A stretch of DNA of 64,000 bases from Eledone cirrhosa (Eukaryota), in contig OZ024765.1 of NCBI GenBank assembly GCA_964016885.1, forward strand, positions 23,684,001 to 23,748,000, written 5' to 3'. A program made the translations under genes and the position numbers. The first letter of the stretch is position 1, and each line of letters starts with the position of its first letter. The notes beneath the pieces were generated by a model that did not search any database, was not told the DNA's origin, and was given only the letters and a program-made list of their open reading frames with translations. Below are positions 12,271 through 25,464 of the stretch, in pieces.

Positions 12271-12816
12271 CCCTATACATTATATATATATATATATATT
12301 GTATGGACCTGTAAATCTTGGGGTAGTCGTAGGGGTACTCTAGTGGATTTCAGTCTTTGTTGCACATATTTTAAAACCTGATGGATCCCATCTCCTCTCT
12401 CCAGGTCTGAACACAATTGAGATCTGAATAAAACTCCAAGTGAAATCAGATATTGTATGGATTCATATAGATTCATTAGACTCCTGGTCTAAACACAGCT
12501 GATTCCTCCCGGAGAAGGAGAGAGAAGTGAGAAAAAGATATTGAGAAAGAATTGACTCCTACTAATAAAAAGGTGGAAGTTAAACTGGTGTTGACATGTC
12601 ATCAGGAGAGGAGATGATAGCTTTGTTAGAAAGACCTATAAGAATGAATTTGTCTTTGGTTGTTTAATAAAAACTAACAACACAATTCATTGATTATATG
12701 TGAAAAAGCAAGTTGACAAAGATTTACTTAATGTCTATATTAATGTAAATAATATAATTATATGAACCCTTCAACGATAGCGTAATTATATACATTTGAA
12801 AATATATATAACAACA

Positions 12817-13790
12817 TTAGCACTAATACTAACTACTATACTGTACATTGGATAAGGTAGTCCTTGATACATTATGTCTGATAGCCACTAATACTAACTA
12901 CTATACTGTACATTAGATAATGTAGTCCTATACTATATCTGATAGTCACTAATACTAACTACTCTACTATACATTAGATAATGTAGTCCTAGATACACTA
13001 TGTTTGATAGCCACTAATACTAACTACTGTACTGTACATTAGATAATGTAGTCCAGAGTACACTATGTCTGATAGCCACTAATACTAACTACTGTACAGT
13101 ACATTAGATAATGTAGTCCTAGATACACTATGTCTGATAGCTACTAATACTAACTACTGTACTGTACATTAGATAATGTAGTCCTAGATACACTATGTCT
13201 GATAGCCACTAATACTAACTACTGTACTGTACATTAGATAATGTAGTCCTAGATATACTATGTCTGATAGACACTAATACTAACTACAATACTGTATATT
13301 AAATAATGTAGTCCTAGATATACTATGTCTGATAGCCACTAATACTAACTACTGTACTGTACATTAGATAATGTAGTCCTAGATAAACTATGGTTGGTAG
13401 TTACTAGTACTAACTACTGTAGTGTACATTAGATAATGTAGTCCTAGATACACTATGTCTGATAGCCACTAATACTAACTACTATACTGTACATTAGATA
13501 ATGTAGTCCTAGATATACTATGTCTGATAGCCACTAATACTAACTACTGTACATTAGATAATGTAGTCCTAGATACACTATGTCTGATAGCCACTAATAC
13601 TAACTACTATACTGTACATTAGATAATGTAGTCCTAGATATACTATGTCTGATAGCCACTAATACTAACTACTGTACATTAGATAATGTAGTCCTAGATA
13701 CACTATGTCTGATAGCCACTAATACTAACTACTATACTGTACATTAGATAATGTAGTCCTAGATACACTATGTCTGATAGTCACTAGTAT
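12817..13790. repeat. 65-bp minisatellite, ~15 copies (some shorter variants)
   Basis: Unit tagccactaatactaactactgtactgtacattagataatgtagtcctagatacactatgtctga; aatac recurs at 13081, 13146 and 13211. Confidence 0.95.
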
Positions 13791-13797
13791 ATACGTA

Positions 13798-14105
13798 ATT
13801 CTCAGGGAGATTTAGCGAAACAAAACATGTGACATGGCTTCCTTTTTAAATACATATAGAACCCATCTTGTACTTTATTGACACGTGTACCGTTGACATT
13901 GTTCTCAGGGAGATTCAGTGTGACAATTCTATGTAACAGCGTGTCCACTATAATTACTGGTACAACTTATTATTTTTGTCAGCTGGGAGAAATAAAACAA
14001 TGAGAAATAAAGTGTCTTGTTCAAGGCCCCGACGTACAGACCACCCGGTCTGGAATTCGAACTCACGAACCATACGTTCATGTACTGCGTGCTATCACCG
14101 CCTAA
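13798..14105 (-). mobile_element. tRNA-derived SINE-like element
   Basis: Minus strand has a B-box-like gtgagttcgaattcc (~14052-14066) followed by ccttgaacaagacactttatttc; similar to 28070-28207. Confidence 0.65.
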
Positions 14106-14594
14106 ATCCGGTTTCCTCCACACAAAATACACCAGAATATTTGAATCCGGATTAATTCAGGAACAAGAATTACAATAAGTCGCTGAGAGTGATCTTCCTT
14201 GGCTGACTTTAAAATCTTTACTTCTTCCATTAGAAATTAATTTGTTTCATGTCCGATTGAAAGACTCTGAAGTTTTTACCTGTCTTGGGTTTAATTAATG
14301 ATGAATTTTGAGGTATTTATAGCAATTATTAATTATTTCGTTACTGAGATATCATTTGAAGGATTTACTGAAGTTTTTAATTATTAATTATTTTATTAGT
14401 AACTTAACATGTGGTTCTTGTATAAAATTATGTTGGAAGATTTTAGGAAGAAGCTATGTCGCCAGTCCCTGTAAAATAGACTCCTAGGCTATGTAGCCGG
14501 TAAGAGTTTATGGTCTGAGTTGAGACAATTTAAAATCTTTTCCACCATCAATTGTTAAAAAACAAGTTAAAGTCATTTTGTCGTCCATTCGTAA

Positions 14595-14880
14595 CGTACG
14601 TTACACTTTAGTTACATACACACCCATCTACTGTGTTACATACACACATGTACTGTGTTACATACACACAGATCTACTGTGTTACATACACACACATCTA
14701 CTGAGTTACATACACAAATCTACTGTGTTACGTGCGCACACATATCTACTGTGTTACATATATCTACTGAGTTACATACACACATATCTACTGTGTTATA
14801 CACACACACACATCTACTCATACATATTCATAAATAGACACACAATACAAACAATTATTACATACACACACATCTCTGTA
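14595..14880. repeat. Degenerate ~24-bp minisatellite (tacatacacacacatctactgtgt)
   Basis: About 10 imperfect tandem copies. Confidence 0.85.
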
Positions 14881-15415
14881 ATGAGTGAGGAAGGAAGGGG
14901 CTGGTGAAACGCTATAGCAATGTGTGTGTTGCGTATCTTTAGGGTTTACCGGCTTCGTAGCCTATTCGAAGATTTTATTATAATTATGAACCTTGTATTT
15001 CAATTAATTATGAATAATTTTGAGCTATTTATCACAATTGTTAGTTAATTACTAACATAGTAACATAACATATGGTTGTTATATAGAATTTCGTTGGAAG
15101 ACTTTAATTTAGATAGGAACCATTTCCATAGAAGGAGAACCAATTTTGGCTGGGTTTCTACCAAAAGAGTTAATGAAGAATTTTGAACAGTTTACTAAAA
15201 TTATTAATTATTTCATTACTAAGATAATGTGTGAATACACAATTATATATGTTTGTGTGTGTATATATATATATATATAAACAGTATATATACTGTATAT
15301 ATATAGTATATAAATAGTATACAAAAGATGTGGGATAATGAGTAGTCTTAAGACAAGTCTGTCCAGATAGCTGCGCTGTAACTTACACTTATTGAGACTG
15401 TGTGTTGGCTAGCAA

Positions 15416-15470
15416 CAGTTGCGTAACTAACGGGGTTTCCTGTCGGTCTAGGTGGGCCCCCTAGGCTATA
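15416..15470 (+). mobile_element. Possible hAT left terminus
   Basis: cagttgcgtaacta..gggg..gggcccc resembles CAGTGGCGTA-type hAT termini and lies upstream of the transposase; no matching right TIR was found. Confidence 0.35.
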
Positions 15471-15609
15471 ATTCTAAACATATAACTTATTTCACATGTA
15501 ATTACGAATCCTTAACTACAACAACGTAAAGAAAACGCTTAATCTCTAATAAGACTAGAAGTTAAGACCAATCTCTTGTTTATTTAAAAAATATAATATT
15601 TCGGATAAA

Positions 15610-15833
15610 ATGGCAACTGCATCTAAAAAAAAGTGTAGACAATATTCCGTCGAATAAAAACGTTAAATTCTTTTTATTTGCTTTCCCCACATCTTATTTA
15701 GTTGAGTCGGGTTTCAGTCGGGTGATGCATCTCCTTTCAAAAAGTCAAAATCGCCTTGATATAGAAAGAAGAGGCTTTCACACCAAACATTGACAAATTA
15801 GTAGCCTTGCATCAATCACAGGGATCTCATTAA
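15610..15833 (+). mobile_element. Internally deleted Charlie/Buster-type hAT transposase relic
   Basis: N-terminus MATASKKKCRQYSVE lies just upstream of C-terminal AFPTSY.VESGFSRVMHLLSK..NRLDIERRG..PNIDKLVALHQSQGSH*. Confidence 0.65.
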
Positions 15834-16244
15834 AAACCGATTATTATATTCTTTGATTTGTAAATATAAATAAATGATTTAATATCTAAATTCTATATTA
15901 TTCTATTTGTTTGAAATGTTGTAATACATGCTTATGTTATTCTCGATACTCAGGTTTTTAACCTAATATTTAATTAAAAGTATAATTATGCATGAGTATA
16001 TACACACAAATATATATATCTATATATTGTGTGTATATATAGGAAAAATATATATAATATTTTTATCATTAGTCACATTTTAGAACAATTTGGTATTTGC
16101 GACATTTCCTGGACTTTTGCTCTGTTTTGTTTTTCGTCGATTATTTGACGTTTTTTACATTCTTTCGGTGTTGAATATCAAATCAAGCAAATTGCATTAT
16201 TCCAAGTGTGTCAATATAGTGCTCATTGTGGGTATGGTGTGTAG

Positions 16245-16460
16245 TGGCCGGAGGCTGGGCGTGCTTCACCGGAAGTGTGCTCAACCGGAAGTACGATCAG
16301 ATGTGACGTCAGCTTGAGAGGCCCTTTTCTCTTCTACGGCAGTCATCGGACTGAGACAGACGTGCGATTTGAGGCTGCGATCGGCGAGCTGGATTGTACA
16401 CACGTGGAAGAGAGTAAAACCAGCCAACGACTTTGCCAGGACCAGAGAAATGCGGTAAGT
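16245..16460 (+). promoter_or_regulatory. CpG-rich candidate promoter/first exon upstream of the hAT transposase
   Basis: CCGGAAGT at 16269 and 16285 (ETS-type), TGACGTCA at 16304 (CRE), CACGTG at 16401, and splice-donor-like G|GTAAGT at 16455. Confidence 0.45.
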
Positions 16461-16582
16461 AAAGTGTCTTTCTAATCACAAGCTATTTCGGCACTTAAAG
16501 ACTTATATAAAAAAAAAAAAGGAAGAATTTTTTTTAAAGACAAAGCCACTGGAAAACAGTGTCAATATAGTGCTCATTAACA

Positions 16583-18578
16583 ATGCTGCCTAAAAAAACT
16601 TACAAAACTGGAGCAACAAAGAGGAGAGAAGCTAGACAAGCTGCCATGGAAGAATCCTCAAAGAAATGTCATCTAATCACAAGTTTTCTGAAAAGTCAAC
16701 AGTCTTCGTCAACAAGTAGTGACACATCCCAAAGCAACGTAACTGCCGGAATTTCCGGCGAGTCGGTCTGGTCAGATGAACTGGAGAAACAGAATAGCAC
16801 TGCAGAGTCGCGAGAACCTGACGTCAAAGATGCCTCAGGTCCATCGACTATCTCAACAACCGTCGTAGTCACTGAAGATATAGTTCCAACTGGGGATCCG
16901 AACTCAATAGAGGGAAAAAGGGCTGTATCGGAATCTGAAAATGAAAATGATTCAGAGGAAACTACATTGGCAAAACAAATCCCAGAGTATGAGCCAGTAG
17001 AATGCATGTTGAATTTACAAGAGGAGTATCCAAGCGACCCGAAAAATTTCGAGGGCAGACCATTGACGGCACCTCTAATTCGCGCCCTCATGGCCGTTGG
17101 TCCTTGTCAGCCAGGATTGAAAGATAATTTTGCTGATTTCCCTCTCGACTCGAACCACAGAAAATTCAACATCAGTTGGTAACAGAGAAAGTGTGCTGGA
17201 ATCCATAAAGTTGACCGACACTGGTTAGTATACTCTCCTGAATCCAACAGACTATATTGCTTTTGTTGTTGGCTGTTTGCTGATAAAAATGCCGAATCTT
17301 ACTCGAAGACTTGGGGTAATCCAGAGTGTGGGATGGCAAACTTCAAAAAGGGAATCGAAAAAATTGCCAAGCATGAGAAAAGTGCCATTCACATCAATGC
17401 ACAAAAGCAATACTTCATGACAAAATATCGTTTGGACGCAGATAAAACAGTGATCGATAACCTCATCCATGAAGAGAAGAAGCGAATTGAACGAAATCGC
17501 CAGATATTGAGGCAATTGCTTGATTGTACGTTATTTCTCGCAAAACAAGGCCTGGCCTTCAGAGGTCACAGGGAATATGCTGGACTTGGCGCCAAATCAG
17601 AAAATGAAGGAAACTTTATTGAATTGTTGAAATTGATGGCCAAGTATGATACTATCTTGGAAAGCCATTTATTCTCGCCTGGGCGCACTAAAAGACAGCC
17701 TATATACTTACGTCCAAAAGTACCAAACGAATTCATAGAATGCCTGGCAATTGAATGTACTCAACAAATAATCACGGAAGTGAAATCGGCAAAATACTAT
17801 TCAGTCATCGTCGATTCCACAATAGACATTTCGCATCAGGATCAATGCTCTGTGTCACTGCGATATGTATCGAAAAGTGGCCACGCTCAGGAGCATTTCC
17901 TGTCGTTTTGTGAACTAGAATCAGCAGCACTGATATCAGACGCTAAAAATCTCGCCGAGCAATGTCAAGTTGAACCAGAATTTACAACGGAAAAGAAAAA
18001 AGAAGCGTTTTCATGATGAAAATGCCAGTGACGAACCTCATGAGACGATGAGTCAGCATTTTAAATGGGACGTTTACTACTTAGATAGAATCATTAGTAG
18101 CTTTAACGAACGTTTTGCCGACTTGCACGATCTAGTGAAGGATTTTTCGTGCTTGATACCGGCGGACTTCGACGACAACGACACATGCAATAGAGAGAGA
18201 ATCGATAATCTTGCGAAATTCTACGCAGGTGACATCGAAAATGACACTATCTTCGACGAGTATTTATCATTCAAAGATTTTTACAAGGAAGTGTGTTTAG
18301 ATAAATCCATATCGAGTTCTGAGATCGTTCCGTTTATGATTTCTAATGACTTAGATAGAGCCTATCTGAACGTGTTTGCCTTATACAAAATGTTCATAAC
18401 TATTCCGGTTAGCTCGGCGCAGGCTGAGCGAACCTTCAGCAGGCTCAAACTGATAAAGAATTATTTGCATAGTACCATGAGTGAAGAGCGGTTGAATGCT
18501 CTGGCAATGATGTACATAGAGCGAGAACTGGCTGAAAAAATTATGTGTGAATATGTAAATGAATGTATGAAAAATTGA
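16583..18578 (+). pseudogene. hAT (Tip100/ZMYM1-like) transposase pseudogene: TTF-type zinc finger, DUF4371-like region, hATC dimerization domain
   Basis: Motifs RKFNISW* ... WLVYSPESNRLYCFCCWLF ... KHEKSAIH; FLAKQGLAFRGHRE..NEGNFIELL..YYSVIVDSTIDISHQDQ; TIPVSSAQAERTFSRLKLIKNYLHSTMSEERLNALAMMYIERE. Lesions: stop at 17180, frameshifts near 17330 and 18000, and a large central deletion near 17925. Confidence 0.9.
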
Positions 18579-18949
18579 AAAAACAACCGTTTATTTAAAT
18601 TACGCTGGGGAAAGATAGGGAAGAAAGAGAAGAAAGAGAGAGAAAAAATTACTGTTATGAGATAGATAGAGAGATAGAGAGAAGAAAGAAATTTATAGAG
18701 GATGAACTCATGTAACGTAAATAAGTATTAAGTTTATATTAATGTTACGTATATTTACTAATTATTGTTAGAATTCTAATATAATACAATATAATATTTA
18801 CTATTATAAGTATATAGAAAAATAGATATATAGAAAAAATAAATATATATAAAGACATTGAAAAATAAATTGAAAATAAATAGATATAAAGTAGAAAATA
18901 GGAGAATCAATAGATAGAAGAATAGATATATGAGTGGATAAATGGCTAT

Positions 18950-19330
18950 ATCATCATCATCATCATCATCATCATCAGGTTTAGCGTCCGTGTTCCACGC
19001 TTGCATGGGTTTGGACGGGGGTTTTCCCACTTGAGGCAAGAGTGGTTGTCTTGCTCGCATAGGACTGTCTGGCGGGTTTTCTACAGTTGGATGCCCTTCC
19101 TAACACCAACCACATTTACAGTGTGGGGCTGGGAGGTTTTTACCGTGTTGCCTACACGGCCACATTACAGCGTGGACTGTCTGGCGGGTTTTCTACAGCT
19201 GGATGCCCTTCCTAACACCAACCACATTTACAGTGTGGGGCTGGGAGGTTTTTACCGTGTTGCCTACACGGCCACATTTACAGCGTGGACTGTGTGTTTT
19301 TTTGTCGTGACACCTACACGATCTCATTTG
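18950..19330 (-). mobile_element. Non-autonomous RTE-related retroposon with (GAT)n tail and an internal ~112-bp tandem duplication
   Basis: (atc)n tail and a 3' end matching LINE 10665-10730. ggatgcccttcctaacaccaaccac matches the LINE 5' region (7570-7605) and occurs twice (~19063-19174, ~19175-19290). Confidence 0.75.
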
Positions 19331-19439
19331 TTTCGGCCTGGATGTTGTGGGACCAACATAACTGTACATTGAAAGGGGCGGTGTGGATGGGGTGGAGGTG
19401 GTGGGACGGGGGGGGGGGTGTTTTGATAGAGATGCCTAC

Positions 19440-20205
19440 TGACTGTAGTAGGTTTTTACTTTGTATTTAGGTAAGGCGGGTCTTCTCTATTACTGAGTAC
19501 CGCCAAAGGTCTCGGTCCAGTGACATTGTCTTGGAGAGGTGTAAGCGTGTGAGGTCGGAATTTATCAGCTCGTCCCATGTTTTTCTGGGTCTGCCTACTC
19601 CGTGGCTACCGTCTATCTTTATTGCCCTGCACTTTGTTATACAGCTGTCGTCTTTCATGCGCATCACGTGACCATACCAATGTAGCCTTCTCTCGAGTAA
19701 ACAACATCTGATCCCTCTTATTTCTAATTTTTTCCTTAGTTCGTTTATGCTTTGCCGTTCACGTATATTACTATTGCACATCCAGCGGAGCATGCAAGCT
19801 TCGTTCCTCTCTAGTCTGCGTATATCCTCTGCACACAATGCCCAGGTCTCACTGCCATGCAGCATTGCTGTTCGTATGCAGGCATCGTATAACCTGCCTT
19901 TCATTTTTAGGGAGAACCCTCTAGCGGCTAATAGTGGTATAAGCTCTCTGAACTTTTTCCATCCAGTTCTGACTCTAGCTACTGTACTTTCAGAGCACCC
20001 TCCCCCACTGCTGATTTTGTCACCCAGGTAACGGAAGCTGTCCACTATTTCTATAGAACCCTCTGCGCAGTTGAAGGAGCTAGTATTTTGTGGGCACTTG
20101 ATGCTACTTATTGCACCAGAGCACCGGCCACATGTAAAATCTATGTTCTTAGTTAGCTTACCTGTGATCCCACTACATCTTTTATGCACCCATACTTTGC
20201 ATTTG
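19440..20205 (-). mobile_element. 5'-truncated RTE LINE fragment with an open 240-aa C-terminal frame
   Basis: ORF 19467-20189: HKRCSGITGKL..CGRC..FRYLGD..MLHGSETW..RRLHWYGHVMRM..KIDGSHGVGRPRKTWDELINSDL. Confidence 0.92.
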
Positions 20206-21344
20206 GGTCGCTATTTCTGGGATGGCTGTTTCTTGCGGTATAAAGTAACGTCCAAATATTTTTCTCGATTCTTCTCTCCATTCGAATCCATTCTTTCAAT
20301 CACTGTTCTATGTCCTAATTTCACACTATATCATAAATATCATGTTATAGATAATTGTTTTAATAAGTTATGAGGGATACTGGTTTATATTTAGTGTAAG
20401 TAATTAAATTAACTGAGTTAATAAGATTATTTATATGTTTTTAATGTTTTAAATTAGGAAGATACTGAAAAACCCAGTTTTGTTTATTTATTAGTTAGTA
20501 TGAGACCATTTTGACGAAGATATAAATGTTGAAAGATATATTTAGGCAGAATTAGTTATTGGTTATAACTCTAATATTAAATAATTAAAAAATATAAAAA
20601 AATATAAAAATATTAAAAGTTCTGGAAAAATTAGAAAAAAATTTTTTTAACCTCAGAAGATACTCAAAAAACCATTTTAACAAAATAAAATACTTAAAAA
20701 GTACTTGAACTATTTAAAATGTTTAAAAATATTAAAAAATATTAAAAAATTTTAAATAATCTTTAAAAAGTAATTTTTTAAAGAAATAAATAATAATTTT
20801 TAAAAATAAGTAATTTTTAAATATATTAGATATTTTAGAAGTAAAATAAAAATGAGATATTTTAGAAGTAAACTAAAAAATGGTGTCAAGTCATGTCACC
20901 AATTTGACCACTTTGAAGGGTGCTTCGGGTCCCTTCAGTCTTGCCACTAGCATGACTACTTTACAGAGTGGGCTAGGGGCCTTCTGTCATGTCTACCTCA
21001 CAGAGTGGACTGGGTGTTTAGTTGTCATGTCATCAGCATGACTACCTTGCAGGGAGGGTTAGATGTTCTTTTGTCATATTACCTAACAGAGAGGACTTGG
21101 TGCTCTTTTGTCATGACACCTGCATGACCACCTTACAGGGTTGCCTGAGGGTTTAGCCATTTCAGCAGCATTGGAGGAGAGCATGTTAAGCTTTCCTTAC
21201 TTGTATACATGGGTTGGTCAAGAAAGGTGTATCAGATGTGAAAGTGGGGGTGGGGCTGTGTGTATGTAGAGTGGGGATTATAGAGGTAGGTCAGGGTGGT
21301 GTACTTAGTAGGTAAAGGGGTGGAGTGTTAAGATGTGGGGAGGA

Positions 21345-22040
21345 GGAAAATTGGAGCATACTTCAAACCACTAAGTGTTGTGTCAACCCGTGTACATGGG
21401 AATGCAGGTCTCCTGCAGTACTGTATAACGCCAAAGATTTCAATCCTGTGTCATCACCTTTGAGAGGTACAATGGTGTCAGGTCAGTTTTTACCTCCACA
21501 TCCCAAGCATTCCTAGGTCTTCCTCTTCCATCAATTTCAAGTGGTCAACCTTTTATACAGCATCTCTACCTTCATACACATCACATGTCCATACCACAGC
21601 AATCTCCTCTCCTGCATACTGTATCTTATCCCTCTCATGCCCAGGTTCTCTCTTAGATTATTTACACTTTCCCCTTCATGTATATTAATATTACACATCC
21701 ATCAGAGAATTCAAGTTTCATTTCTATCCAATCTTCTGAGGTCCTCACTGCAATGCAGCATTGCTGTTCATATGCACACATCAATTTGGTGAAACAACCT
21801 TTTGTAGCTAGCAGCAGTAGTAACACCCTAAACCTCTGCCATCTTGTTCTTACTCTTGTTACTGTACTTTCAGAACACCTACCTCCACTGCTTATTTGAT
21901 ACCCCAGGTAACAGAAACTGTCAACTGCTTCTATGGAACCCTTTAAATATTTGATAGAGCTTGTCTCCTAAACGTGATTGCTACTTACTTCTCCAGCGCA
22001 GTGAACCAATGTAAAACCTACGTTCTTAGCTAACTTACCA
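21345..22040 (-). mobile_element. Degenerate RTE LINE 3' fragment (paralog at ~30575-31320)
   Basis: Reverse complement resembles 6660-7170 and 19467-20189. Confidence 0.8.
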
Positions 22041-22145
22041 TGTATGTGTGACCATTGGTTTCTGAGTCCAGTTATGGCACCACTTTTTGTTAGGCGAGGC
22101 ACTTCCAAACAGACCCTTCATAAAGTATGCTGACAAATATATTTT

Positions 22146-22500
22146 GCAATCTAGGTGAGTTAATTAGAAGTGGAGGGGGCTGCTCTGAAAGATGTACAGC
22201 TAGAATAAGGATAGGATGGAAAAAGTTTAGAGAGCTACTGCAACAGTTGACCACAAAAGGTTTCTCTCTCTGGACAAAAGGACAACTGTATGACACATGT
22301 GGGTGATATGCAATGATGCATGGTAACGAAACAAGGGCTGTGACTGCAGAGGATATGTAGACTGGAGAGAAATGAAAGAACCATGCTTTGTAGGATATGT
22401 TGTGTAAGTGTGAGAGAAAGGGAGAGCTTGGACAAGTTCAAGAAGAAGCTGGGTTTAAGAATGAGCTGAAGTGGTGTGTAAGAGAGAAGACTGTGTTTGT
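22146..22500 (+). mobile_element. Degenerate RTE LINE fragment (longer paralog at 32338-32950)
   Basis: Matches 10120-10475 (GGGCSE..RIRIGWKKFRELL..LTTKGFSL). Confidence 0.85.
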
Positions 22501-22969
22501 ACAGACATAAAATGAAAGGAGAATTTCTTAGTAAAACAGGTTTATTCAAAATATTAACAACATTGATGGCACTATTTTAGGTGAGTGACATGGTTTTTAT
22601 CTAATTGTGTTGCATTAAGTAATCTTTATAAGAGAATGATTTACCACAGACATCACAGTGATATAGTTCCTCTCCTGTATATGTTAGTGTCTAATTAAAC
22701 CACAACATTTAGAGAAGGATTTATCACAGACATCACAGTGATATGGTTCCTCTCCTGTAGATGTTAGTGTCTAGTGAAGCCACAACATTTAGAAAATGAT
22801 TTACCAAATATATCAAAGTGATATGGCTTCCCAGCTGTATGTATATGTGTGTGTGTAGTTAATGTAACATTCAAAGAGAATGATTTCCCTAAGATGTTAC
22901 AATGATATGTATTTGTATTCTCATTAATTCACAAATTTGAGAGAATGATTTATCACTGATGTCAATGCG

Positions 22970-23824
<855 letters not shown>

Positions 23825-24474
23825 AATGATTTCTTCTTCAACAGAATATATAAATGTTTTCTTTGTAATATTTTTTATATTATATTTCTTATAAAATATT
23901 CTTCTATATTTCCCTCAACTGTGATTTCAGTTAATATCTGAAGATAATACAAACTTCTTTTTCATCCAAGTTTAGTTAAAATACAAAACCATCTCATAGT
24001 GAAGAAAATAAACTCAGTTCTGAGGAAATATTTTACAGTAATTGAACTATAGATTTATATAAGTTCTGTTTAGAAGGTTTTAGTTTTCAAATGATGATAA
24101 ATAGAGGTGATGTATCCAAGATTGAAAATAATAATTTATCCCACTGTCATCTGATATTCTGAAATAAGAAAGAAATAGTATGAGATAATAGAGAATACTT
24201 TAGAAGCAGAGATAGATTTAACAGTGGAAATGTTATATTTCTATATTGGTAAACTGTAGATATCAAGATTCTGTCCAGAGAAATTCTCTCCAATGTAAGC
24301 AGTGGTATTCCAGCATGCTCTATAAATTATATCCTTCTATCTCTTCAGAGGTCTGCTCTATGGCAGTTTAGCAAAAAATGCATTCTTACAGGACTTATAA
24401 GAAAGTAACAGTATGAGATAATAGAGAATACTTAAAATACAGAGATAGATTTAACAGTGGAAATTTTACATCTT

Positions 24475-24612
24475 CACCACATTTCCTAGCGTCGAAGACG
24501 TTACTTTTTCCCTAATATAAGTCTCAAAAATCTAACATACGTCACGGAGGCCGAAGGTTGCTTCTTATTTTTTTTCAAAAATTGGTCGTCATTGGCGCCA
24601 GTAAGTACGGTA
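24475..24612. mobile_element. Short Tc1/pogo-type MITE relic (paralog ~35697-35827)
   Basis: Imperfect TIRs caccacatttcctagcgtcgaagacg and gtcgtcattggcgccagtaagtacggta, resembling TACCGTA-type termini. Confidence 0.5.
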
Positions 24613-24869
24613 CATTGGTAAACTATAGAAATATACCTGTGTCAGATTTATTTATTCATATAAACCAGCTACACCATCAGTATAGCGGGATCATCTAGTA
24701 CAGGGCCCCGAAACTGTGGTAACCTCATTAGATGGGTTTGGAACAGCTGACTGGCTACCCCTCCTCACAGTGGGTGCCACCCAGTACCAGGCCCCAAAAT
24801 TATAGTTCCACTGTGAGATGGGTTCAGCACAGCCAACTGGCCTGTCCCCCCTCATAACAGAGCCATCCA

Positions 24870-25055
24870 GTTCTACACTGTAAACATGGTTGGTGTTAGG
24901 AAGGGAATCCAGCTGTAAAATACCCGACCAAATTTACAGACCTCACCTGAGCAAGGTGTGACACATGGCCAAACCTGGCCAGACTTGCCTCCTGGCGTGG
25001 ATGACCTGTCTAACCCATGCAAGAATGGAAAAATGGACGCTAAATGGTGAAGATA
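24870..25055 (+). mobile_element. Short RTE-related non-autonomous retroposon (related copies ~36207-36390, ~36490-36665, ~29840-30000 minus)
   Basis: ggttggtgttaggaagggaatccagctg (LINE 5'-like) joined within ~120 bp to gtctaacccatgcaagaatggaaaaatggacg (LINE 3'-like) and a gat-rich tail. Confidence 0.7.
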
Positions 25056-25464
25056 CCTACATATATATATATATATCCCAGCCACACAGGACACGTAAAA
25101 GACATGGCAAAAAGTACCCACCCCACACTGGAAAGTGATGTAGGTTTCATGGAAACAAGCACCCAGCCCATACTGCAAAGTGGACGTGAAAAAGACACAG
25201 CAAAAAGCACTCGGCCCACACTGTAAAGTAGACATGTTTTTGATGATGATGGTGATGATGATATATAATAAAATGTTGTAGTTTGCTTGAAGCATTCTAT
25301 ATAATATATAACGTTGAAAGAGATAGAAGGTTAAACAATGCAAAATGGACTGTATGATGAGGTAAGGAAAAGTAAAAGTTACCTGGTAATCTTTGGTTTT
25401 TTTTTTGTTGTTCTTTTATCTGTCCAATATTTTCGGACCTAAAAGTCCTTTCTTCAGGGTTTAA

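Noticed and set aside
14150-15240. Two related AT-rich blocks (~14290-14445 and ~14995-15110, gttggaaga.ttt)
   Set aside because: Probably decayed MITE interiors; no termini or target duplication could be defined.
16583-18578. Domesticated ZMYM1-like host gene
   Set aside because: In-frame stop, frameshifts and loss of the central catalytic region; no clear introns explain the breaks.
20330-20885. Extremely AT-rich tract as origin or regulatory element
   Set aside because: Low complexity only; no defined structure.
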